DNA of 43,248 nt. It comes from Acidimicrobiia bacterium (lineage in GTDB: Bacteria > Actinomycetota > Acidimicrobiia > Spongiisociales > JAHEDJ01). The DNA lies in assembly GCA_029210695.1 (NCBI GenBank), contig JARGFH010000031.1:1-43248 (forward strand). Reading direction: 5' to 3'. The notes beneath the pieces were generated by a model. That model did no database searches. It was not told where the DNA came from and saw nothing but the letters and a program-made list of their open reading frames with translations. Positions 35,987 to 43,248 of the stretch are shown piece by piece; within the stretch, counting starts at the first letter, position 1; each line of letters starts with the position of its first letter. A program made the translations under genes and the position numbers.

Positions 35987-37312
35987 ATGCTCGCCGTTTA
36001 CCGCCACATGTTCACGATTCCCGATCTGCGCAGGAAGATCCTGTTCACTCTGCTGATCATCGGCATCTATCGCCTCGGGACGAACATCCCCGTCCCGGGC
36101 ACCGATCTCGATGCCGTCCAGTCGATCGCCGAGGGCGCAGAGGTCGGCGGTATCTTCGGCTTGCTGAACTTGTTCTCGGGTGGCGCCTTGGAACGATTCT
36201 CGGTTTTCGCCCTCGGCATCATGCCCTACATCACCGCCAGCATCATCATGCAGCTCCTCGCAGTGGTGATTCCACGTCTTCAGGCTCTTCAGGATGAAGG
36301 CGACCGGGGTCGAAAAGTCATCACCCAGTGGACTCGTTACCTGACCGTCGTCCTGGCGCTGCTCCAGTCGACGGCGTTGACGGCGCTCTTTGCCAGCGCC
36401 GGTGGCGCTGCCCAGCTGGGTCTGAGTCAGCCGCTGATCGCAGACTCGAGCCCCGGCAAATCCGCACTGATCGTGTTGACCATGACGGCCGGCACCGCCT
36501 TCATCATGTGGCTCGGTGAGTTGATCACCCAGCGCGGCATTGGCAACGGCATGTCGCTCATCATCTTCACGAGCATCATCAGCCAGTTACCTGCCAGCTT
36601 CTCGCTGATCTATCAGCAGACGGTCGGTGCTTCCCAACCGATGTTGTTCGTGCTGATCATGCTCGTCTTCGTCGCCATGGTTGTGGCCATTCTCTACATC
36701 GAGCAGGGTCAGCGCCGCATTCCTATCCAGTTCGCCAAGCGGGTACGCGGTCGCCGGGTGCTCGGCGGCCAGGCGACCTACATCCCGCTCAAGGTCAACA
36801 CCGCAGGAGTGATCCCGGTGATCTTCGCGACGAGTGTGTTGTTCTTCCCGGCGCTGATCGTGACGATGATTCCGAACGCGACGAACTCGGTACTCGAGTC
36901 GATTCGGAACTGGGTGAACGAATACCTCGGCTCGGGTGGCAGTTCGACATGGACCTACGTCATCATCCTCTTTGCTCTCATCGTGTTCTTCACGTATTTC
37001 TACACGGCCATCCAGTTCGACCCGGTCCGTCAAGCGGAGACGATTCAGCGTCAAGGTGGGTTCGTGCCCGGTATTCGTCCCGGCAAAGCAACGGTCCATC
37101 ATCTCGAGTACATCCTGAACCGGATCACCCTTCCGGGGTCGATGTTCCTGGCCACGATCGCGGTTCTCCCGGCGGTGGCTTCTGTCATTTGGGGTTTCCA
37201 GATCGGGTTCTCGGGTGTCTCGATTCTCATCGTCGTGGGCGTGGCGCTAGAAACGATGAAACAGATCGAAAGCCAGCTCACGATGCGAAACTACGAAGGA
37301 TTCTTGACGTAG
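35987..37312 (+). CDS. secY: Preprotein translocase subunit SecY
   Basis: ALGIMPYITASII, GIGNGMSLIIF, PGIRPG. Confidence 0.99.
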   Translation: MLAVYRHMFTIPDLRRKILFTLLIIGIYRLGTNIPVPGTDLDAVQSIAEGAEVGGIFGLLNLFSGGALERFSVFALGIMPYITASIIMQLLAVVIPRLQALQDEGDRGRKVITQWTRYLTVVLALLQSTALTALFASAGGAAQLGLSQPLIADSSPGKSALIVLTMTAGTAFIMWLGELITQRGIGNGMSLIIFTSIISQLPASFSLIYQQTVGASQPMLFVLIMLVFVAMVVAILYIEQGQRRIPIQFAKRVRGRRVLGGQATYIPLKVNTAGVIPVIFATSVLFFPALIVTMIPNATNSVLESIRNWVNEYLGSGGSSTWTYVIILFALIVFFTYFYTAIQFDPVRQAETIQRQGGFVPGIRPGKATVHHLEYILNRITLPGSMFLATIAVLPAVASVIWGFQIGFSGVSILIVVGVALETMKQIESQLTMRNYEGFLT

Positions 37313-37330
37313 CAGTCAGAAGCAGCGCGT

Positions 37331-37417
37331 ATGAAGTGCAACGGCCAACGTAACCCAGTCACCACCAGGAGACGCAGTTCTTGGCATGTGCCCGGGGAAG
37401 CGAGGCACCGAACATGA
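37331..37417 (+). CDS. Candidate 28-aa intercistronic mini-ORF
   Basis: ATG 18 nt after the secY stop; its TGA overlaps the adk ATG (ATGA); no clear RBS. Confidence 0.3.
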   Translation: MKCNGQRNPVTTRRRSSWHVPGEARHRT

Positions 37418-38052
37418 GGCTGCTCTTCCTGGGACCGCCAGGAGCGGGAAAAGGGACCCAGGCCAAACGGGTTGCCGCCGAACTCCGGATTCCACACATC
37501 GCAACGGGTGACATGCTGCGGCAAGCCGTCGCCGATGGCACAGAACTGGGGCTCCAGGCGAGGGCCGTCATGGAACGCGGCGACCTCGTCCCCGACAACC
37601 TCGTCATCGCAATGCTCATGGAACGTGTCGGTCGTGACGACGCCAGAGACGGGTTCATTCTCGATGGCTTTCCGCGAACGATTGCACAGGCCGAGGCGCT
37701 CGAGTCTCGTTTCGGCGACGCAGGCCTTGATGCGGCTGTGGTCATCGAGGTTGACACCGAGGAAATCGTCCGGCGGATCTCCGGTCGGCGAGTCTGCCAC
37801 AACGGTCACGTGTTCCATATCGACGAGGCGCCCTCATCGACTGGAGGTGTCTGTGACCAGTGTGGTGAGTCCGTGTATCAGCGCGAGGATGATCGGGCGG
37901 AGACCGTGCGAAATCGCCTCCACGTCTACAGGGATCTCACCGAGCCGCTCATTGCCTTCTACGCGGAACGCGACATCACGATGCACGTCGTCGATGGCGT
38001 CGGTGGCGTTGACGCCATCACCGAGGCCATCATGGCGGCTCTTCGCTCGTGA
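37414..38052 (+). CDS. adk: Adenylate kinase
   Basis: GPPGAGKGTQ, FILDGFPR, long LID domain. Confidence 0.97.
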   Translation: MRLLFLGPPGAGKGTQAKRVAAELRIPHIATGDMLRQAVADGTELGLQARAVMERGDLVPDNLVIAMLMERVGRDDARDGFILDGFPRTIAQAEALESRFGDAGLDAAVVIEVDTEEIVRRISGRRVCHNGHVFHIDEAPSSTGGVCDQCGESVYQREDDRAETVRNRLHVYRDLTEPLIAFYAERDITMHVVDGVGGVDAITEAIMAALRS

Positions 38053-38822
38053 TCACGATCAAGAAACGGGATGAATTCGAGCGAATGGCTGTGGCCGGTG
38101 CCACGGTTGCGGTCGTGTTGCGAACCGTGAAAGAAGCCGCAGCCCCGGGCGTGACCATGAAAGAACTCGATGCGATTGCGGCTGAGGTGATCCGGGGGCG
38201 GGGGTGCACTCCATCTTTCCTCGGATATCACGGCTTCCCTGCTCACATCTGCACATCGCCGAACTCGGTGATAGTGCACGGTATCCCGAACACGTACCGG
38301 CTCAAGCCCGGGGACGTACTCTCCATCGATGCCGGTGCGATCTACGAAGGTTTCCACGGTGACGCGGCGATCACCTTCGGAATCGGCGGGATCGACCCCG
38401 CCGCCCAGAAGCTCCTCGATGCTGCGGAGGCCGGCCTGTGGGCAGGAATTCAAGAGGTCAAGCACGGCGCTCGCCTCGGTGACATCGGCAGCGCCGTCCA
38501 GGCAGAGGCTGATCGGCTCGGATATGGCGTGGTACGGGAGTATGTGGGACATGGCATAGGCCGGCAGATGCACGAAGAGCCACAGGTGCCGAATTTCGGG
38601 AAGAAGGGAACTGGCATGAAGCTCCGGACCGGCATGGCGGTTTGTATCGAGCCGATGTTCAATCTCGGAGGGCCTGAGACAAGAGTTGAAGCAGATGGGT
38701 GGACGGTCGTGACGGCGGATGGGTCGCTTTCCGCTCACTTTGAGCACACGATTGGCATCACCGAAGATGGCCCGGTGGTGTTCACCGCAGGCGATTTGTT
38801 GTCTGGTTCCGACGGCGACTAA
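38049..38822 (+). CDS. map: Methionine aminopeptidase type I
   Basis: VIVHGIP, GHGIG...HEEP, IEPM, AHFEHT. Confidence 0.97.
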   Translation: MITIKKRDEFERMAVAGATVAVVLRTVKEAAAPGVTMKELDAIAAEVIRGRGCTPSFLGYHGFPAHICTSPNSVIVHGIPNTYRLKPGDVLSIDAGAIYEGFHGDAAITFGIGGIDPAAQKLLDAAEAGLWAGIQEVKHGARLGDIGSAVQAEADRLGYGVVREYVGHGIGRQMHEEPQVPNFGKKGTGMKLRTGMAVCIEPMFNLGGPETRVEADGWTVVTADGSLSAHFEHTIGITEDGPVVFTAGDLLSGSDGD

Positions 38823-38972
38823 GATCTCCGTCTGGCCCAAGGGCCGGTTTGAGCGTGTTCGGCTCGAAGTAGGCGGACGAGCTTGAGTTCCCAATCATTC
38901 CCTCACCGCTTTGCGTCTGTGGTGTGAGGCTGTGGAACATCGGTGGTTTGTCCGAGAGTGTCTGGAGACACA

Positions 38973-39086
38973 ATGAAGGTTCGTCCTTCAACTAAGAAAA
39001 TGTGTGAGAAGTGCCGGATCATCCGGCGCCGTGGACGCGTGTGGGTCATTTGTCCGAACCCGCGTCACAAGCAGCGACAGGGGTAA
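38973..39086 (+). CDS. rpmJ: 50S ribosomal protein L36 (not in ORF track)
   Basis: Translated by hand: [44 protein letters not shown]. Confidence 0.97.
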   Translation: MKVRPSTKKMCEKCRIIRRRGRVWVICPNPRHKQRQG

Positions 39087-39089
39087 CTG

Positions 39090-39467
39090 ATGGCTCGTAT
39101 CGCAGGTGTTGACCTCCCTAGGGAGAAGCGACTTGAGATTGCATTGACCTACATCTTCGGAGTCGGTCGTACCACTGCTCTGAGTATCTGCGATCAACTA
39201 AGCATCGATCGCGGCACCAAGGTGCGCGATCTCACGGACGATGAGGTGTTGCGGATTCGTCGGCATCTCGATCAGAACACGCGGGTGGAGGGTGACCTCC
39301 GGCGCGAAGTACAACAGAATATCCGGCGAAAGGTCGAGATCGGCTCGTACCAGGGAATTCGGCATCGGCGCGGTTTGCCGGTACGAGGGCAACGGACTCA
39401 TACCAATGCCCGGACCCGCAAGGGCCCGAGGGTCGCAATCGCTGGTAGGAAGCAAGTCGGCAAGTAG
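39090..39467 (+). CDS. rpsM: 30S ribosomal protein S13
   Basis: [28 protein letters not shown]. Confidence 0.98.
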   Translation: MARIAGVDLPREKRLEIALTYIFGVGRTTALSICDQLSIDRGTKVRDLTDDEVLRIRRHLDQNTRVEGDLRREVQQNIRRKVEIGSYQGIRHRRGLPVRGQRTHTNARTRKGPRVAIAGRKQVGK

Positions 39468-39486
39468 ATAGGTCGCGGAGGTCCCC

Positions 39487-39873
39487 TTGGCGGAACAGAG
39501 GCGAGTACGTCGCCGTGAGCGCAAGAACATCCCCCATGGGGTGGCGCGCATCAAGGCCAGTTTCAACAACACCATCATTTCAATCACCGATCAAACCGGA
39601 AACTCCATTGTGTGGACCTCCGGAGGTTCGGTTGGTTTCAAGGGCTCGAGGAAGTCGACGCCCTACGCCGCCCAGGTGGCGGCCGAAGAGGCTGCCAGGC
39701 GTGCTGGTGAGCATGGGGTCCGCAAGCTCGACGTGATCGTCAGCGGCACGGGTTCTGGTCGCGATACCGCCGTGCGCACACTGCAGAACATGGGTTTGGA
39801 GATCACCGGCATCCGCGACGTCACTCCGATCCCGCACAACGGTTGCCGGCCAAAGAAGCGCAGGGGAGGCTGA
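39487..39873 (+). CDS. rpsK: 30S ribosomal protein S11
   Basis: [25 protein letters not shown]. Confidence 0.98.
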   Translation: MAEQRRVRRRERKNIPHGVARIKASFNNTIISITDQTGNSIVWTSGGSVGFKGSRKSTPYAAQVAAEEAARRAGEHGVRKLDVIVSGTGSGRDTAVRTLQNMGLEITGIRDVTPIPHNGCRPKKRRGG

Positions 39874-39875
39874 GA

Positions 39876-40481
39876 ATGGCTCGCTACACAGGTCCCCGCC
39901 ACAAGGCATGCCGGAGGGCGCGCACACCGCTGTGCCAGTCGAAGCGCTGCCCCGTCGACAAACGACCGTATCCGCCCGGCGAGCACGGGCGTGCCAGAGT
40001 TCGCGAGAGCGACTACCTGATTCAGCTACGGGAGAAGCAGAAGCTTCGTGCCATGTACGGAATCCTCGAACGGCAGTTCCGCCGTTACTACGAGGAAGCC
40101 GCCAGACAGAAGGGCATCACCGGCGACAGTCTGTTGCTCATCCTGGAGAGCCGGCTCGACAATGTTGTATATCGCGCCGGTCTGGCCGCCACCCGGCCGC
40201 AGGCTCGACAGCTCGTGAACCATGGCCACTTCAACGTCAACGGTAAGAAGGTAGATATTCCCTCTTTCCGGGTTCGCAAGGATGACGTTGTCTCCCTTCG
40301 GGAAGGCAGCAAGGATCTCATCATCGTCCAACACGCCGTCGACACGGGCGACCGCACTCCATCGGAGTGGCTGGAGGTCGACTCGACGGCAAAGCGGGTG
40401 GTCGTGCGCGATCTTCCTAGTCGCGCGCAGATCGACACCCCAATTCAGGAACAGCTCATCGTTGAGCTCTACTCCAAATAG
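39876..40481 (+). CDS. rpsD: 30S ribosomal protein S4
   Basis: MARYTGP, QLREKQK, LESRLDNVVYR, IVELYSK. Confidence 0.98.
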   Translation: MARYTGPRHKACRRARTPLCQSKRCPVDKRPYPPGEHGRARVRESDYLIQLREKQKLRAMYGILERQFRRYYEEAARQKGITGDSLLLILESRLDNVVYRAGLAATRPQARQLVNHGHFNVNGKKVDIPSFRVRKDDVVSLREGSKDLIIVQHAVDTGDRTPSEWLEVDSTAKRVVVRDLPSRAQIDTPIQEQLIVELYSK

Positions 40482-40495
40482 CAAGGGGAACCGTC

Positions 40496-41437
40496 GTGTT
40501 GATCGTCCAACGTCCACAAATCGAGGAGCAGGTTGTCTCCGATATCCGATCGCGGTTCGTCGTAGAACCGTTGGAGCCCGGATTCGGATACACGCTGGGC
40601 AACACCCTGCGTCGAACGCTCCTGTCCCGTATTCCCGGCGCCGCCGTGACCACACTGCAGATCGAAGGTGTGCAGCACGAGTTCTCCACGGTGGAAGGCG
40701 TCGTTGAGGATGTCGTCGACATCATCCTCAACATCAAACAGGTGGTCGTCCGAATGGAGGACAACGAGACTCAGACCATCTACCTCTCGGCCAAGGGGCC
40801 GGGCGAGGTGACGGCAGGACAGCTCAAGGTTCCCGCCGGCGTCGAGATCATCAACCCGGACCTCCACCTGGCCACGCTCTCGTCGAGCGGCCGTCTCGAG
40901 GTCGAAATGAGCGTCGAGCGAGGCGTCGGCTACCGCAGCGCCATGCGCGGGAGCGGCTCGGACGCCATCGGTGTCATGCCGATAGATGCGATCTACTCGC
41001 CGGTTCGGAAAGTCGCATACCGGGTCGAGTCGACTCAGGTTGGTCAGATGACCAACTTCGATCGTTTGATCGTTGACGTCGAGACCGATGGATCACTCAC
41101 CCCGAGTGAGGCCATCTCGTCGGCGGGTAAGACCCTCGGCGAGTTGCTCGGACTCTTCGCCGACATGGGCGAAGGTATCGGGCTGGAACTCGGCGATGTG
41201 GCCGTCGCAGAATCCAGTTCGCCGGATCTCGATCTTCCCATCGAGGCGCTCGACCTTTCGGAACGGCCCCGCAACTGCCTGCGCCGCGCCCAGGTGAAGA
41301 CCGTTGGCGAAATCGTTCAGAAGACCGAAGACGATTTGCTCAACATCACGAACTTCGGACAGAAGAGCCTCGAAGAGGTCATCGCAAAGCTCGACGAGCT
41401 GGGCCTGAGCCTGACCGCCGGAGGGGGCGAAGCCTGA
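40496..41437 (+). CDS. rpoA: RNA polymerase alpha subunit
   Basis: [29 protein letters not shown]. Confidence 0.99.
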   Translation: MLIVQRPQIEEQVVSDIRSRFVVEPLEPGFGYTLGNTLRRTLLSRIPGAAVTTLQIEGVQHEFSTVEGVVEDVVDIILNIKQVVVRMEDNETQTIYLSAKGPGEVTAGQLKVPAGVEIINPDLHLATLSSSGRLEVEMSVERGVGYRSAMRGSGSDAIGVMPIDAIYSPVRKVAYRVESTQVGQMTNFDRLIVDVETDGSLTPSEAISSAGKTLGELLGLFADMGEGIGLELGDVAVAESSSPDLDLPIEALDLSERPRNCLRRAQVKTVGEIVQKTEDDLLNITNFGQKSLEEVIAKLDELGLSLTAGGGEA

Positions 41438-41787
41438 TGCCTCGTCCCACTAAGGGCGCACGGCTCGGCTCCGGACCGACTCACCAGAAGCACTTGCTGG
41501 CGGGTCTGGCTGCCTCTCTCATCTGGGAGGGCAGGGTGACAACGACCGTTGCCAAGGCCAAAGCAGTGCGGCCGCTGGCAGAGAAGCTCATCACCAAGGG
41601 CAAGCGCGGCGACCTTCACGCTCGCCGCCAGGTGTTGAAGTTGATCCACGACAATGAGATCGTGACGAAACTGTTCGACGAAGTTGGCCCTCGTTATGAG
41701 GAGCGCAACGGCGGGTATACCCGCATTGTCCGCACCGGTCCACGTCGCGGTGACAACGCCGAGATGGCGGTGATCGAACTCGTCTAG
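41437..41787 (+). CDS. rplQ: 50S ribosomal protein L17
   Basis: [22 protein letters not shown]. Confidence 0.98.
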   Translation: MPRPTKGARLGSGPTHQKHLLAGLAASLIWEGRVTTTVAKAKAVRPLAEKLITKGKRGDLHARRQVLKLIHDNEIVTKLFDEVGPRYEERNGGYTRIVRTGPRRGDNAEMAVIELV

Positions 41788-41835
41788 ACGAGTTCGAAGC
41801 TGACGGCAGTCAGTAATCAGCCATGAGCTATTTGA

Positions 41836-41865
41836 GAGCGGGCCCTGCGGGGCCCGCTTCTTTGT
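41836..41865 (+). terminator. Intrinsic terminator of the alpha operon
   Basis: GAGCGGGCCC-TGCG-GGGCCCGCTT followed by CTTTGT. Confidence 0.8.
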
Positions 41866-41977
41866 GTTGCAGCTAGTCACCTTTGCTCTGTGGCGCTGAC
41901 GTGCCGGGCAGGATCCGCGCCGATCTGGAGCCGTTCGGCGTACGACCAGGCCCGTGAGCCTGCCCGGTTGCCCCTCT

Positions 41978-42502
41978 TTAGTCTTCGGTTTTGAGGTCTT
42001 TGAACCAGGTGTCGGGGGGATACGCCTCGATGTCTCCTCCAACCTCGATGATTCCCGGCATGATCTCTGCCGAGTTCCACGACAGCCACTTCGCAGGCGT
42101 GATCTCGATCGTCGTGTCCTCATGAGCAGCCAGCAATAGGCCAATGGTTGCCAAGCCGGCCTCAGTCAATAACCGCTCGCGGATCCCCTCATTGATACGA
42201 GCCGCATCCTGTCCCATGATGACCCTGGCCGGGCCTGTGCAAGACACCCAACCGCCGCCGTCCAGCGACACGAAGAAGGTCGCCACCGGCCGGGCTTGGA
42301 CGTTCTTGACCTTTCGGGTCGCGTGTGGGGTCGGCAGATGGACCCGATCATGCTCATCAAGTGAGAAGAGAAGCTCGGTGAGGTGCGGAGACCCGTCGGG
42401 ATTCACTGTCCCCAGGATGGCGTTCCCTTCTTCGAGCAGGCGGGTCCTGAGATCATCGGCGAGTCCCTGAGGTGTCCGATACACGGGGTGTATTCCAGTC
42501 AT
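41978..42502 (-). CDS. Pyridoxamine 5'-phosphate oxidase-like (split-barrel flavin/F420-binding) protein, leaderless
   Basis: LGTVNPDGSPH, KVKNVQARP motifs; -10 TAGGTT 6 nt before the ATG. Confidence 0.8.
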   Translation of the reverse strand: MTGIHPVYRTPQGLADDLRTRLLEEGNAILGTVNPDGSPHLTELLFSLDEHDRVHLPTPHATRKVKNVQARPVATFFVSLDGGGWVSCTGPARVIMGQDAARINEGIRERLLTEAGLATIGLLLAAHEDTTIEITPAKWLSWNSAEIMPGIIEVGGDIEAYPPDTWFKDLKTED

Positions 42503-42615
42503 CTCACGAACCTACCCTGAAACGGCAAGACGATGAAGACGGCGGATTGGCGCGCAAGGCCGGCTGTGCCAACTGGCCGCCTTCAGGTGACCCGACGCTG
42601 AGCGGTCGAACCGTC

Positions 42616-43171
42616 TGTCCATGGCCATGTGAAAGTCCTCGTTGGTGGCCAGCAAAAGTCCTCGCGGTGGATGTGTAGGTAATTCACTGCGGGGCCTCCT
42701 TGAGCGGTGATCGTGACTGATGCAAGTCAGGACACGAGTCACTCACCCGAGGAGGCTGCCGCCCATGTTGTCAGCGAGGAAGACGATGGATGTTGTTTCG
42801 GCGTATAGGGATGTCGGGTCGTATCGGGGTGCCGCGGAGGTCTGCGGGGTTGACCCGAAGACGGTGAAACGCAAGGTGTTGGCTTATGAGACTGGCGAGC
42901 TCGATGATCAACGGGTCAGTCGCAGGGTTGTGGCGAAAAACACCGACGTGGTTCGGGACTTGGTCGTCAAGCGTATCGAGACAACGAAGGCGAGGATCAC
43001 CGCGAAGCGACTGTTGCCCGAAGCTCGGGCGGCCGGGTATGAGGGGTCGGCCCGGAACTTCCGACGGCTGGTCGCAGCCGAAAAGAAGGCGTGGAGGATC
43101 AGCCACGGGCGTCAGCGTCGACCGGCGGTGTGGGTGCCGGGTGAGACGCTGGTGATCGACTGGGGCACCAT
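42616..43171 (+). mobile_element. IS21-family element, left part
   Basis: TG-initiated end with repeated TGGCCA...AAAGTCCTCG boxes (42622-42641, 42646-42664), followed by an IstA-like ORF. Confidence 0.75.
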
Positions 43172-43187
43172 TGACCACGCTCATTGA
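42765..43187 (+). pseudogene. istA: IS21 transposase IstA, truncated
   Basis: HTH SYRGAAEVCGVDPKTVKR, ITAKRL...GYEGS, PGETLVIDWG, then a premature stop. Confidence 0.75.
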
Positions 43188-43248
43188 AACTCCCCAGACC
43201 TGCTCACTGAAATTCCCCACCTCCTGAGAGGGAATACCCACTGTTGGG
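43172..43248 (+). mobile_element. End of a second IS21-like element inserted in istA
   Basis: TG start followed by tandem boxes GCTCATTGAAACTCCCCA / GCTCACTGAAATTCCCCA. Confidence 0.6.

Overview
High-GC bacterial chromosome segment. It is probably actinobacterial and Acidimicrobiia-like, inferred from the rpmG-MaoC-tRNA-Trp-secE synteny, the RpoB/RpoC sequence style and the leaderless genes. Most of the window is the contiguous transcription/translation supercluster: tRNA-Tyr/Thr/Met, tuf, rpmG, a fused MaoC dehydratase, an ECF sigma/anti-sigma pair, tRNA-Trp, secE, nusG, rplKA, rplJL, rpoBC, rpsLG, fusA, a second tuf, and the S10, spc and alpha operons (no infA). Accessory genes are two membrane proteins, an XRE-HTH/nucleotidyltransferase pair, an orphan double-GAF histidine kinase, a PPOX-type protein and nested IS21 ends. 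Five signals stand out. (1) A ~227-nt, strongly structured, promoter-bearing antisense ncRNA candidate (Ms1-like) lies between rplA and rplJ. (2) The two tuf copies look identical and have an extreme C-poor, G/T-rich coding strand unlike their neighbours. (3) Hairpin-containing mini-ORFs fill intercistronic gaps of the ribosomal operons, one of them duplicating the L2 C-terminus. (4) Degenerate 7-bp repeat arrays and GNA-triloop hairpins occur throughout the intergenic DNA. (5) A leaderless, operator-controlled toxin-antitoxin-like pair sits directly after rpoC. All calls come from reading the sequence; no database searches were run.
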